Shown here one piece after another: positions 1 to 8,048 of a stretch of DNA of 63,746 nucleotides; position 1 is the stretch's first letter; each line of letters starts with the position of its first letter. The position numbers and the translations under genes are program-made. The stretch covers positions 1 through 63,746 of the forward strand of contig JAZRRD010000083.1 of the NCBI GenBank assembly GCA_045650425.1. The letters run 5' to 3'. This DNA is from Bacilli bacterium. Lineage in GTDB: Bacteria > Bacillota_I > Bacilli_A > RF39 > UBA660. The notes under the pieces were generated by a model, which was given only the letters and a program-made list of their open reading frames with translations, was not told the origin of the DNA and made no database searches.

Positions 1-316
1 CACTTAATAATCTTATTTTATCTCCATCAATAAAAACTGTTTTACCTTTAGAATCTAAAACAATTTTAAAATCATTTTTTGAATTAGCATTATAAAAATG
101 TCCATTAATCTTAAAAAAATCTTCATTTTTTTTAATTAGATGTTTGTCATTTAAAGTTCTAAAAGATTTAGTTAAAGCTAAAATATATATCGCTTCAACA
201 ATGTTAGTTTTTCCACTTCCATTTTTTCCATATAAAATATTAATATTTTCTGATGGTCGAAATGATATTTTAGAATAATTTCTAAAATTAGTGAGTTTTA
301 AAATTTCTAATTTCAT
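1..316 (-). CDS. recF: DNA replication/repair protein RecF, N-terminal part (gene runs off the window start)
   Basis: Own translation of the minus strand from ATG at 316: MKLEILKLTNFRNYSKISFRPSENINILYGKNGSGKTNIVEAIYILALTKSFRT. This is a RecF-type N-terminus with Walker A GKNGSGKT. An AAAAGGGGG Shine-Dalgarno lies upstream. Position is downstream of dnaA-dnaN. Absent from the ORF track because it has no stop in the window. Confidence 0.85.
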   Translation of the reverse strand, partial: MKLEILKLTNFRNYSKISFRPSENINILYGKNGSGKTNIVEAIYILALTKSFRTLNDKHLIKKNEDFFKINGHFYNANSKNDFKIVLDSKGKTVFIDGDKIRLLS

Positions 317-349
317 TTAAACCCCCTTTTTAACCTATATAAATAAAAT

Positions 350-379
350 AATAGGTATGAACGTATTCCTATACCTATT
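350..379 (-). terminator. Candidate hairpin terminator after the comK-like gene
   Basis: Perfect 9-bp inverted repeat AATAGGTAT (350-358) / ATACCTATT (371-379) with a 12-nt loop, followed on the minus strand by a T-rich run. Lies between the comK-like stop (408) and the recF start (316). Confidence 0.4.
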
Positions 380-407
380 AAAAATTATAACATAAAAAAG
401 TGCGTTT

Positions 408-869
408 TTAAAGTTTTTTTGATTTTTTTCTACCTCTTAAAACAGATTCTAATCTAGTTGCTCTTAATATTTGATTATCCACAATTCCATAAGATGTTAA
501 TAATTCAATTTTTTGTTTATTTTTAAAAATAATTACTACTTTTCCTTTATCATTATAATATTTTTCTATGTTATTTAAAGATATCCAATTACAATTTTTT
601 TGTCTTGGAGATACTGTTGGAAAAAATATAATTTCTTTAGTTTCTTCAACTATTATTGGACTTTTGTGTGATACACCAATTAAATTAAAAGTTCCTTTCT
701 GTCTGCCAGATAAGGAACTTCCAAAATACTCACAACTATCTTCCATAATTTTATTTGCAGACTTATCAACATAAAATGAATTATCAGTTTCATATACTTT
801 AGTACGTTCTTTTTCGTTTATTAATGCTAAAGTATTCGTATTTATTTCATAATCTTGCAATTTATTCAC
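408..869 (-). CDS. comK: ComK-family competence transcription factor homolog (short, 153 aa)
   Basis: The core CEYFGSSLSGRQKGTFNLIGVSHKSPIIV...IFFPTVSPRQKNCNWISL matches B. subtilis ComK as I remember it (CRFFGSSYAGRKAGTYEVTKISHKPPIMV...FLFPTLSSTRPQCGWISH). The start codon at 869 is GTG, only 2 nt after AGGAGG. TTG at 860 is an alternative start. Confidence 0.75.
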   Translation of the reverse strand: MNKLQDYEINTNTLALINEKERTKVYETDNSFYVDKSANKIMEDSCEYFGSSLSGRQKGTFNLIGVSHKSPIIVEETKEIIFFPTVSPRQKNCNWISLNNIEKYYNDKGKVVIIFKNKQKIELLTSYGIVDNQILRATRLESVLRGRKKSKKL

Positions 870-933
870 CCCCTCCTGAAATAAATTGCCTTTCTTATAA
901 CATAAAATTATTAAAAATATTGTTGATAATTGT

Positions 934-2052
934 CTAATAAGTTTTTATTGGTAAAATTAATTGAATTAATGTATCATCTTTTACTGATTTAACTATGATT
1001 GGTTTATTATCACTATTTAATAAAATTAATATTTCATCATCCTTTATTGTTTTTAAAGCTTCAAGCATGTATTTAGAACTAAATGAAACTTCCATTTTTT
1101 CTTTATTATTAGTTTCTACTATTAATTTTTCATCTACTCTTCCTAGTTCACTAGAAGATGAACTTATTAACATATTTTCTTTGTCTAAATTCATTTTAAT
1201 AATATTTTTATCTTTACCTTGAGTTAACAAAGCTGCTCTATCAATTGCTGAAGAAAAAGCACTTAATTCTGTTTTTACAATATATGCAAAATCATTTGGT
1301 ATTAAATTACTTGTATTAGGATATGTCCCATTTAGTAAATTGCTTTGAAACATAATATTTTTATAATTAAATAAAACTTTATTATTAAATACGTGAATAC
1401 TTACATCTTCTTCATCTGTTAATAACCTTTCTAATTCATTTATATTTCTTCCTGGTATTACAATATCCACAGCATTATTAACATATTCATTAAGTTTGAC
1501 ATTTTTCTTAGCAAGTCTATAAGAATCTGTAGCAACACACTCTAATAAATCTCCATTTATTTTTATATTAATACCTGTTAATAAAGGTCTTAATTCTTGA
1601 GTAGATATAGCAAAAGATGTTTGATTAATAATAGTTTTTAAATCATTAGCTTTTATAATAATAGGATTTTTACTCTCATCTATCTTTATATTAGGATAAT
1701 CATTAGAATCTAAACAATTCAAATTATATTGATTATTATCTGTATAAATTCGAATTTTAAATCCATCCAGAACTTCAAAATTAATGATATCACTAGGCAT
1801 TTTTCTAATGATTTCTAAAATATATTTACTTTGAACAACAATACTTCCCTCTTTTTCAATATTTTTAATATTTTTATTTTCTATAAATGTTTTAATTGTT
1901 AATTCACTATCACTTGCTAACAAATGTAATCCATCTTTTTTTAAATTAAACATAATTCCGTTTAATATAGGAATAACGTTTTTTGTTGATATCGCTTTAA
2001 TAACATTATTAATTCCTTCTAAAATAATATTTTTTTCAATTGAAAATTTCAT
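934..2052 (-). CDS. dnaN: DNA polymerase III beta sliding clamp
   Basis: 372 aa starting MKFSIEKNIILEGINNVIKAISTKNVIPILNGIMF, typical DnaN length and N-terminus. Immediately downstream of dnaA. GGAAGGA Shine-Dalgarno. Confidence 0.95.
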   Translation of the reverse strand: MKFSIEKNIILEGINNVIKAISTKNVIPILNGIMFNLKKDGLHLLASDSELTIKTFIENKNIKNIEKEGSIVVQSKYILEIIRKMPSDIINFEVLDGFKIRIYTDNNQYNLNCLDSNDYPNIKIDESKNPIIIKANDLKTIINQTSFAISTQELRPLLTGINIKINGDLLECVATDSYRLAKKNVKLNEYVNNAVDIVIPGRNINELERLLTDEEDVSIHVFNNKVLFNYKNIMFQSNLLNGTYPNTSNLIPNDFAYIVKTELSAFSSAIDRAALLTQGKDKNIIKMNLDKENMLISSSSSELGRVDEKLIVETNNKEKMEVSFSSKYMLEALKTIKDDEILILLNSDNKPIIVKSVKDDTLIQLILPIKTY

Positions 2053-2095
2053 TTTCCTTCCTTCTTTCTAATTTATTTAATATTTATATTATTAA

Positions 2096-2185
2096 TGTTG
2101 ATAATGTGTATAACTCAATTTTAACTAGATATATAAGCCAAAATCTAAAGTTAGTAACTATAAAATAATTCACAAATTATCCCCA
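2096..2185. other. DnaA-box cluster in the dnaA-dnaN spacer (second half of a bipartite oriC)
   Basis: TGTTGATAA (2096-2104, reverse complement TTATCAACA) abuts TGTGTATAA (2105-2113, reverse complement TTATACACA). TTATCCCCA at 2177-2185 is one mismatch from TTATCCACA. The surrounding spacer is extremely AT-rich. Confidence 0.55.
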
Positions 2186-2191
2186 ATTAAT

Positions 2192-3535
2192 TCACATTTT
2201 ATTTTTAATCTCATTAATTGTGAGCTTCAATTTTTCGTCAGATTTTAATTCTTTTTCAATCTTATCACAAGCAAATATTACAGTTGAATGATCTCTTCCA
2301 CCAAATTCAAGTCCTATTTTTGGAAATGTTTCATTGGTTTCCATTCGACACAAGTACATTCCAAGTTGTCTAGGATAAGCAATCTTATTACTTCTTCTTT
2401 TACCTTTTAAATCATCAACTGTAATTCCATAATGATCAGCCACAGCTTTTTGAATTTTTTCAATATTACTAACAGCATAAATGTTAGTACTAACAAAATC
2501 TTTTAAAGCTTCATGTGCAAATTCTAACGTCACTTTGTCTGGGACAATCATCGCTGTATAAGCCATTAATCTATTAATTGTTCCTTCTATATGTCTGACA
2601 TCATTTTGACAAGAGTTTGCAATATATTCAATAACTGAGTCATCAATTTTTTTAGAAATGCTTGTATTACTTAATTTACTTCTTATAATTCTACATCTTA
2701 AATCATAATCTGGTGGATAAATATCCACAGGTAATCCCCACATAAATCTTGATCTTAATCTTTCTTCTAAGATTTTTAAATCATCTGGAGATCTATCACT
2801 ACTTATAATAATTTGTTTACCCATTTTATGTAAGGCATTAAAAGTGTTAAAAAATTCTTGTTGAGTTTTATCAGCTCCAACTAAATATTGAATATCATCA
2901 ATAATTAAAACATCAACATTTCTATATTTATTTTTAAAGTCTTTAGCGTAATTTAAATTATTACCTTTAATATCTGCAATTCCAGTAAAATCTGTCATAA
3001 AATCTTCACTTGTTACATATAAAACCTTTTTCTTAGAATTATCCACAACATAATTTCCAATCGCATGCATCAAATGAGTTTTTCCAAGCCCACTTTTACC
3101 ATATAAAAATAATGGATTGTGAATTTTTCCTGGTGCTTCGGCAACAGCTCTTGCAGAAATATAAGCTAATCTATTTGTATTTCCTACTACAAAATTTTCA
3201 AAATTTAAGTTTTTATTTAAATTGGTGTCCCAAATTAAGTTTTCTTCAATTATTTCTTCTTGCTCATCTTTATCTGTATCAAATATATTATCACTTTCTA
3301 AAACGAAATTAAATTTATAATTTGTACCTGTTAAATTATAGAAAATTGTCTCTATTAGTTGATAATACATATCCCCTAACATTTTTTGGTGAATTTCCAT
3401 CGGTACTTGTATCGTTACAGTATCATCAGAAATTTTTAAAAGAACTAAGTCATTAAACCATACATTATAAGTAGTTGCACTTACTTCTTCTTGTACTTCA
3501 GACAAAAAATTCTGCCATAACGCATCCGTTTTCAT
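2192..3535 (-). CDS. dnaA: Chromosomal replication initiator DnaA
   Basis: AAA+ Walker A GKSGLGKTHL, LIIDDIQ Walker B, C-terminal DnaA signature HSTV...ACDKI. The likely true start is MKTDALWQNF at 3535 (GGTGGTGG Shine-Dalgarno), not the track start at 3550. Confidence 0.97.
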   Translation of the reverse strand: MKTDALWQNFLSEVQEEVSATTYNVWFNDLVLLKISDDTVTIQVPMEIHQKMLGDMYYQLIETIFYNLTGTNYKFNFVLESDNIFDTDKDEQEEIIEENLIWDTNLNKNLNFENFVVGNTNRLAYISARAVAEAPGKIHNPLFLYGKSGLGKTHLMHAIGNYVVDNSKKKVLYVTSEDFMTDFTGIADIKGNNLNYAKDFKNKYRNVDVLIIDDIQYLVGADKTQQEFFNTFNALHKMGKQIIISSDRSPDDLKILEERLRSRFMWGLPVDIYPPDYDLRCRIIRSKLSNTSISKKIDDSVIEYIANSCQNDVRHIEGTINRLMAYTAMIVPDKVTLEFAHEALKDFVSTNIYAVSNIEKIQKAVADHYGITVDDLKGKRRSNKIAYPRQLGMYLCRMETNETFPKIGLEFGGRDHSTVIFACDKIEKELKSDEKLKLTINEIKNKM

Positions 3536-3616
3536 TCCACCACCCCACAACTAATTTTCTAATTAAATTCTATCTCAAATTTTATTAAATTGAAAGTAAA
3601 AATAAACAAATATAAC

Positions 3617-3757
3617 TTATCAACACAACATATCAACAAATTAAGTACTATAATATCTAAAAAAAATATAATTATCAACACTATCCACAAAATTTTATTA
3701 ATTTTTTTCAACAATGTTTATTAATTATTTTGTTAATAATTGTTTATTTGTGGATAT
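3617..3757. other. DnaA-box cluster upstream of dnaA (oriC)
   Basis: TTATCAACA at 3617-3625 and 3672-3680. ATATCAACA at 3630-3638. CTATCCACA at 3681-3689. TGTGGATAT (reverse complement ATATCCACA) at 3749-3757. All lie in a 616-bp non-coding AT-rich gap between divergent dnaA and rpmH. Confidence 0.7.
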
Positions 3758-4105
3758 GCTGAATTTTGTCAGTATTTGTCGAAAAAATTTATTAACAAAA
3801 ATCGAATTTTATATTGTTTATAAAAATATAAAGAATATTTATAAATAAGTTATTAACAAATATTTAATTTTAAATAATTTATATAATGATTTAAAAAAAA
3901 TTGATGTTGACAAGAAAAAAAGTCTAATAATAATTATTATTAAATATGCTCTTGTAGTTTTGTTATATGCTATTTCAACAAATTTTAATATTTTAAACAA
4001 AATAGTCTCAGTACTTATGAGTGCAATTGGTGGAATAGAAATAGTATAGAAAACAAACGTAGAAAAAAGAAAAACCAATGTTATTAACAAGAATTAAAGA
4101 AAAGC

Positions 4106-4135
4106 TTGACAAAAAAAGAAGATAAATATTATAAT
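4106..4135 (+). promoter_or_regulatory. Sigma-A-type promoter for rpmH-rnpA
   Basis: TTGACA (4106-4111), 18-nt spacer, TATAAT (4130-4135), about 30 nt upstream of the rpmH ATG. Confidence 0.6.
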
Positions 4136-4166
4136 AAGGAAGCTTTATTAGTGATGGAGGTGCAAA

Positions 4167-4289
4167 ATGAAAAGAACTTATCAACCAAATAATAGAAAAA
4201 AGAGTAAAAAACATGGGTTTTTTGCACGTAAAGAAACAAAAATTCTTAAAAGAAGAAGACAAAAAGGTCGCAAGAGACTAACAAAGTAA
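4167..4289 (+). CDS. rpmH: 50S ribosomal protein L34
   Basis: Own translation: [40 protein letters not shown] (40 aa). Canonical [11 protein letters not shown] start, GGAGG Shine-Dalgarno, lies upstream of rnpA. Too short for the ORF track. About 4 aa shorter than B. subtilis L34 as I remember it. Confidence 0.9.
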   Translation: MKRTYQPNNRKKSKKHGFFARKETKILKRRRQKGRKRLTK

Positions 4290-4328
4290 GCCACGCATAA
4301 GTGGTTTTTTTTCTATAAGGAGATTTAT

Positions 4329-4658
4329 ATGAAAAGAAATGAAATGATAAAAAAATCAAATGATTTTAATGTTATAATTGAGAATGGAAAAACAGTTACT
4401 AACAATTATTATAGAATTTTTTATTTAAAAAAAGAGCCTACAATTCCTAAATTTGGATTAGCCGTTGGAAAAAAGCTTGGAAATGCTGTGACAAGAAATA
4501 AAATAAAAAGACAACTTAGAATGATAATTACTAACAATAAGTTTTTATTTAAAAATGATATATCTTATATTATAATGGTAAAGAAAGCTTATTTAAATAA
4601 TTCATATAGTTTTTTAGAAGATGAATTTAAAAAATTAATAGAAAAGGTGAATATATGA
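4329..4658 (+). CDS. rnpA: Ribonuclease P protein component
   Basis: 109 aa basic protein with GLAVGKKLGNAVTRNKIKRQLR (RNR-type motif). Conserved rpmH-rnpA-yidC order. The TGA stop overlaps the yidC ATG (ATATGA). Confidence 0.9.
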   Translation: MKRNEMIKKSNDFNVIIENGKTVTNNYYRIFYLKKEPTIPKFGLAVGKKLGNAVTRNKIKRQLRMIITNNKFLFKNDISYIIMVKKAYLNNSYSFLEDEFKKLIEKVNI

Positions 4659-5665
4659 CAAAAAAGAAGAAAATAGCAATTTTACTTTGTAGTGTATTAT
4701 TATTAGGAGGATGTTCAAGTAATTATTTACAAGATAAACACAAAAAGAATATTACTTACGAAAAAACAGGTCAAATTTTACCTAAGGATATTTTATGTAA
4801 ACCTTCGGATCCAGAATTATTAAAATTATATGAAAAATATGATGCTCAATTAAAAATTTCATTAAAAAAATTACCTACATGTTCTAATTTTAAAATAACA
4901 TCAAATAAAAGTTCTGGTCTTTGGGAAGGACTATTTGTTAAACCATTAGCATATTTAATAATCCAATTAGAACGTTTAGTAAAAAATTACGGACTTTCAG
5001 TTATAATCTTAGGCATATTAATTAGATTATTATTATTACCATTTTCTAAGAAAACTCAAATTCAATCAGAAAATATGAAGAAAATAAATCCTGAAATTCA
5101 AGCAATTGAAAGAAAATATAAAGACAAGACTGATAATGAATCAATGATGGCTAAAAGTCAGGAAATGATGATGTTATATAAAAAATATAATTTCAATCCT
5201 TTCTCTAGTTGCTTACTAGCATTTCTTCAACTACCTTTATTTCTAGCTTTCTTTCAAGCATTAAATAGAATTCCTGCAATATTTGAAGATAGTTTATTTG
5301 GAATGTATTTAGGTACAACACCATTAATAGGAATTAAAGATGGTCAATATATATATATAGTACTAATTTTATTAGTATTTGGAACTACATTCTTTTCATT
5401 TAGAAAGACAATGAGTGCAACAGGAAATCCTGAACAAGAATCCCAAATGAAATATATGTTAATATTTATGTTAGTATTTATTGGAATGGCCTCATTTAGT
5501 TTATCAACAGCTATAGCTTTATATTGGATATCAACAAATGGATTTATTGCTGTTCAAAATTATTTTATAAAAAAATCTATTGATAAAAAAGATAGACCAA
5601 AAAGAACAAAAAAAGATAATAAAAGGGTATCAATAAAGGAAAAAGCTAATAAAAAGAGAGGTTAG
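4655..5665 (+). CDS. yidC: Membrane protein insertase YidC/SpoIIIJ-type lipoprotein
   Basis: Lipobox LLLGGCSS. Multi-pass hydrophobic core with PLFLAFFQAL...ALYWISTN. Basic C-terminal tail. Conserved position after rnpA. Confidence 0.9.
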   Translation: MTKKKKIAILLCSVLLLGGCSSNYLQDKHKKNITYEKTGQILPKDILCKPSDPELLKLYEKYDAQLKISLKKLPTCSNFKITSNKSSGLWEGLFVKPLAYLIIQLERLVKNYGLSVIILGILIRLLLLPFSKKTQIQSENMKKINPEIQAIERKYKDKTDNESMMAKSQEMMMLYKKYNFNPFSSCLLAFLQLPLFLAFFQALNRIPAIFEDSLFGMYLGTTPLIGIKDGQYIYIVLILLVFGTTFFSFRKTMSATGNPEQESQMKYMLIFMLVFIGMASFSLSTAIALYWISTNGFIAVQNYFIKKSIDKKDRPKRTKKDNKRVSIKEKANKKRG

Positions 5666-5671
5666 TATTAA

Positions 5672-6280
5672 ATGAGAAAAATTATAAGTGAAGCAAAAAC
5701 AAAAGAAGAAGCTTTAGCAAAATTATTACAAGAAAATAGTTTAACTGAAGAACAAATTTTATATCGTAGTTACGAACAAAAAGCGGGATTATTAAAAGGA
5801 ACAAAAACTATTATAGAAGCAATTACAATTGATGATATTCAAATTGAAATTAAAAATTTCTTAAAAGAATTATTAACCAAAATGGGATTAGAAGTATCAT
5901 TTGAATCAAAATTAAGAGATGGTGTTATAACTATCGGTATGTATTCTAATAATAACCCAATATTAATAGGTAAAAATGGGCAAACCTTAAAATCATTGGA
6001 AACTATAATTAAACAAATTATTCATAATGAAATTGGAATATATCCATATATATCATTAGATGTAGAAAATTATAAAAGTAAACAAACTAGTAGAATAGAA
6101 AGACTAGCTAAAAATGTTGCTCGCGAAGTGGGAAAGACAAAAGTTGAAGTAGAATTAGAAAATATGAATTCTTATGAACGTCGTATAGTTCATAATATAT
6201 TAAGTAATCATAAATATGTTTATACTGAAAGTATAGGAGAAGAACCAAATAGACGTGTTGTAATAAAACCAAAGAATTAG
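5672..6280 (+). CDS. jag: Jag/KhpB RNA-binding protein (KH + R3H domains)
   Basis: GKNGQTLKSLE (KH GXXG loop) and a C-terminal R3H-like ERRIVHNILS...SIGEEPNRRVVI. Conserved yidC-jag order. Confidence 0.85.
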   Translation: MRKIISEAKTKEEALAKLLQENSLTEEQILYRSYEQKAGLLKGTKTIIEAITIDDIQIEIKNFLKELLTKMGLEVSFESKLRDGVITIGMYSNNNPILIGKNGQTLKSLETIIKQIIHNEIGIYPYISLDVENYKSKQTSRIERLAKNVAREVGKTKVEVELENMNSYERRIVHNILSNHKYVYTESIGEEPNRRVVIKPKN

Positions 6281-6292
6281 AAAGGGAAAATT

Positions 6293-6601
6293 ATGCCAGA
6301 AAATTTTGAATTATTTAATGAAGAAATTGAAGAAATAAAAAGTTATTCTGAATTACCAACAGATGTATTTTCGCAAATATGTAATGAAGCTAAAAGATAC
6401 TTATCTTCATATGGGAATTATATTGCACCTAGTGTTGTTGTAGATTTAATTGAATCAGCAGTAAGTATATATATGCTTGCTTTAGTACAGGCAGAACAAG
6501 GTCAGAATATAAACTCTAAAATAACAACAAGTGAAGCAGTCAAATTAGCTTTTGAGGATTTAGGTTTAGTGGAAGAGAAATCTCTTTCAACTAAAAGATA
6601 A
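6293..6601 (+). CDS. Hypothetical small acidic protein (102 aa)
   Basis: Clean ORF with a GGGAAAA Shine-Dalgarno-like sequence, 12 nt after jag, followed by a hairpin terminator. I recognise no family motif. Confidence 0.55.
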   Translation: MPENFELFNEEIEEIKSYSELPTDVFSQICNEAKRYLSSYGNYIAPSVVVDLIESAVSIYMLALVQAEQGQNINSKITTSEAVKLAFEDLGLVEEKSLSTKR

Positions 6602-6620
6602 GGACGAAAGTCTTTTTTTT
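6601..6620 (+). terminator. Rho-independent terminator ending the rnpA-yidC-jag-orf102 unit
   Basis: AGGAC-GAAA-GTCTT stem-loop (GNRA loop) followed by T8, directly after the stop at 6599-6601. Confidence 0.5.
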
Positions 6621-6638
6621 ATAATATAAATTCAAAAA

Positions 6639-6667
6639 TTGATTTTTAAATATCAATTTGCTATAAT
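6639..6667 (+). promoter_or_regulatory. Sigma-A promoter with extended -10 for mnmE-mnmG-rsmG-parB
   Basis: TTGATT (6639-6644), 17-nt spacer, TGcTATAAT (6659-6667). Confidence 0.6.
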
Positions 6668-6692
6668 ACAACCGCAAGAGAGGTGACCTTTA

Positions 6693-8039
6693 ATGTATGA
6701 CACTATATGTGCTATTTCAACATCTTTAGGAGTGGGAGCTATATCCATAATCAGAATGAGTGGAGATAGATCACTTGAAATAATAAATAATATTTTTTCA
6801 GGTAAAAAAATAACTTCTGAAAGTCATAAAACTATTAGTTATGGGAATATTGTTTATAATAATGAAATAATTGATGAAGTCTTAGTTATGGTAATGGTGA
6901 GTCCAAAATCATACACATGCGAAGATGTAGTAGAAATAAATTGTCATGGTGGAATAGCCACAACAAAAAAAATATTAAATATTTTGCTAGAAAATGGTTG
7001 TCGTTTAGCAGAAAAAGGTGAATTTACCAAAAGAGCATTTTTAAATGGTAGAATAGATCTAACTCAAGCAGAGGCAGTAAACGATTTACTAATTGCGGAA
7101 ACCGATAAAAAAAGAAAATTGGCATTAAATTCAATGAAGGGTTTATTATATAATAAAATAAATAGTGTTAGAAAGATCTTAGGTGACCTCTTATCTAATA
7201 TTGAAGTAAATATTGATTTTCCCGAATATGAAGACAATTTGATAATTACAGAAAGTATTGTTAAAGAAAGAATTACTAAAATATTACAAGATTTAAAACA
7301 AATAGAAACAAACTCAAATCAAAATAAAATCGTTACTTCTGGTATAAATGTAGCATTAATCGGAAGTCCAAATGTTGGAAAAAGTAGTTTATTAAATGCC
7401 TTTTTAGATGAAGAAAAAGCAATAGTTACTGATATTGCTGGGACAACCCGAGATATAGTTGAGGGAAAATGTTTATTAAATGAAATAGAAATAAATTTTA
7501 TAGACACTGCCGGAATTAGAAAAACAAATGATTTAGTTGAACAAATTGGGGTAGAAAAAAGTAAAAAAGTTATGGATATAGCATCTCTTGTAATACTGAT
7601 ATTGGATGGAAGTAGAGACTTAAATGAAGAAGAAAAAGAAATATTAAATAAAATTGACAGCAATAGAACGATTATTTTTATCAATAAAAACGACTTGGAT
7701 ATTAATTTAAATTTAAACACAGATATTCCAGTGGTTTTTGGAAATACTAAATCAATTGATGGAATTAGTGAATTGAAAAATGAAATAATTGAAATGTTTA
7801 ATTTAGATAAGATAGTTATTGATGATAATTCATTAATAAGTAATGTTAGACAAGAAAATTTAATAAAAGAAAGTTTAAATAAATTAGAAGATGTTTTAAA
7901 TAACGTTGAAATAATGCCAGTAGATATGTTAGCAATTGATATAAAAATAGCTTGGGAATTATTAGGCAAAATAACTGGAGAAAGTTATGAAGATGAATTA
8001 ATAGATATTTTATTTAAAAACTTCTGTTTAGGAAAGTAA
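6693..8039 (+). CDS. mnmE: tRNA modification GTPase MnmE
   Basis: N-terminal MYDTICAISTSLGVGAISIIRMSG. G-domain GSPNVGKSSLLN and DTAGIR. C-terminal FCLGK motif. Confidence 0.95.
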   Translation: MYDTICAISTSLGVGAISIIRMSGDRSLEIINNIFSGKKITSESHKTISYGNIVYNNEIIDEVLVMVMVSPKSYTCEDVVEINCHGGIATTKKILNILLENGCRLAEKGEFTKRAFLNGRIDLTQAEAVNDLLIAETDKKRKLALNSMKGLLYNKINSVRKILGDLLSNIEVNIDFPEYEDNLIITESIVKERITKILQDLKQIETNSNQNKIVTSGINVALIGSPNVGKSSLLNAFLDEEKAIVTDIAGTTRDIVEGKCLLNEIEINFIDTAGIRKTNDLVEQIGVEKSKKVMDIASLVILILDGSRDLNEEEKEILNKIDSNRTIIFINKNDLDINLNLNTDIPVVFGNTKSIDGISELKNEIIEMFNLDKIVIDDNSLISNVRQENLIKESLNKLEDVLNNVEIMPVDMLAIDIKIAWELLGKITGESYEDELIDILFKNFCLGK

Positions 8040-8048
8040 GGAATAAAT

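Noticed and set aside
3839-4262. Two overlapping minus-strand track ORFs (83 and 84 aa) in the dnaA-rpmH spacer
   Set aside because: They translate to low-complexity I/F/L/K-rich strings typical of random AT-rich DNA. They have no Shine-Dalgarno. They overlap the rpmH promoter and the rpmH coding sequence on the opposite strand. The region is better explained as oriC plus promoters.
4655-4658. Possibility that the organism uses the Mollicutes code (TGA = Trp), given the low GC, rpoE and missing L30
   Set aside because: TGA clearly terminates conserved genes at the expected lengths, for example rnpA (ATATGA overlap with the yidC start) and ftsX (34912-34914). All conserved proteins are full length under the standard code.
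7319-7969. 216-aa minus-strand ORF inside mnmE
   Set aside because: It is an antisense shadow of a well-supported conserved gene with a low-complexity S/I/F/L translation. The same reasoning applies to the other antisense or alternate-frame track ORFs: 568-774, 995-1222, 3112-3312, 8345-8614, 10099-10401, 11104-11346, 12353-12544, 14128-14394, 15222-15446, 15788-16036, 19957-20208, 20344-20685, 22122-22346, 24159-24377, 26462-26665, 27298-27501, 28890-29099, 32603-32872, 34395-34670, 35037-35252, 35637-35867, 40688-40945, 44104-44316, 45993-46217, 48838-49047, 49135-49368, 50093-50296, 52439-52660, 53386-53646, 55776-56018, 56708-56968, 56981-57268, 60471-60677.
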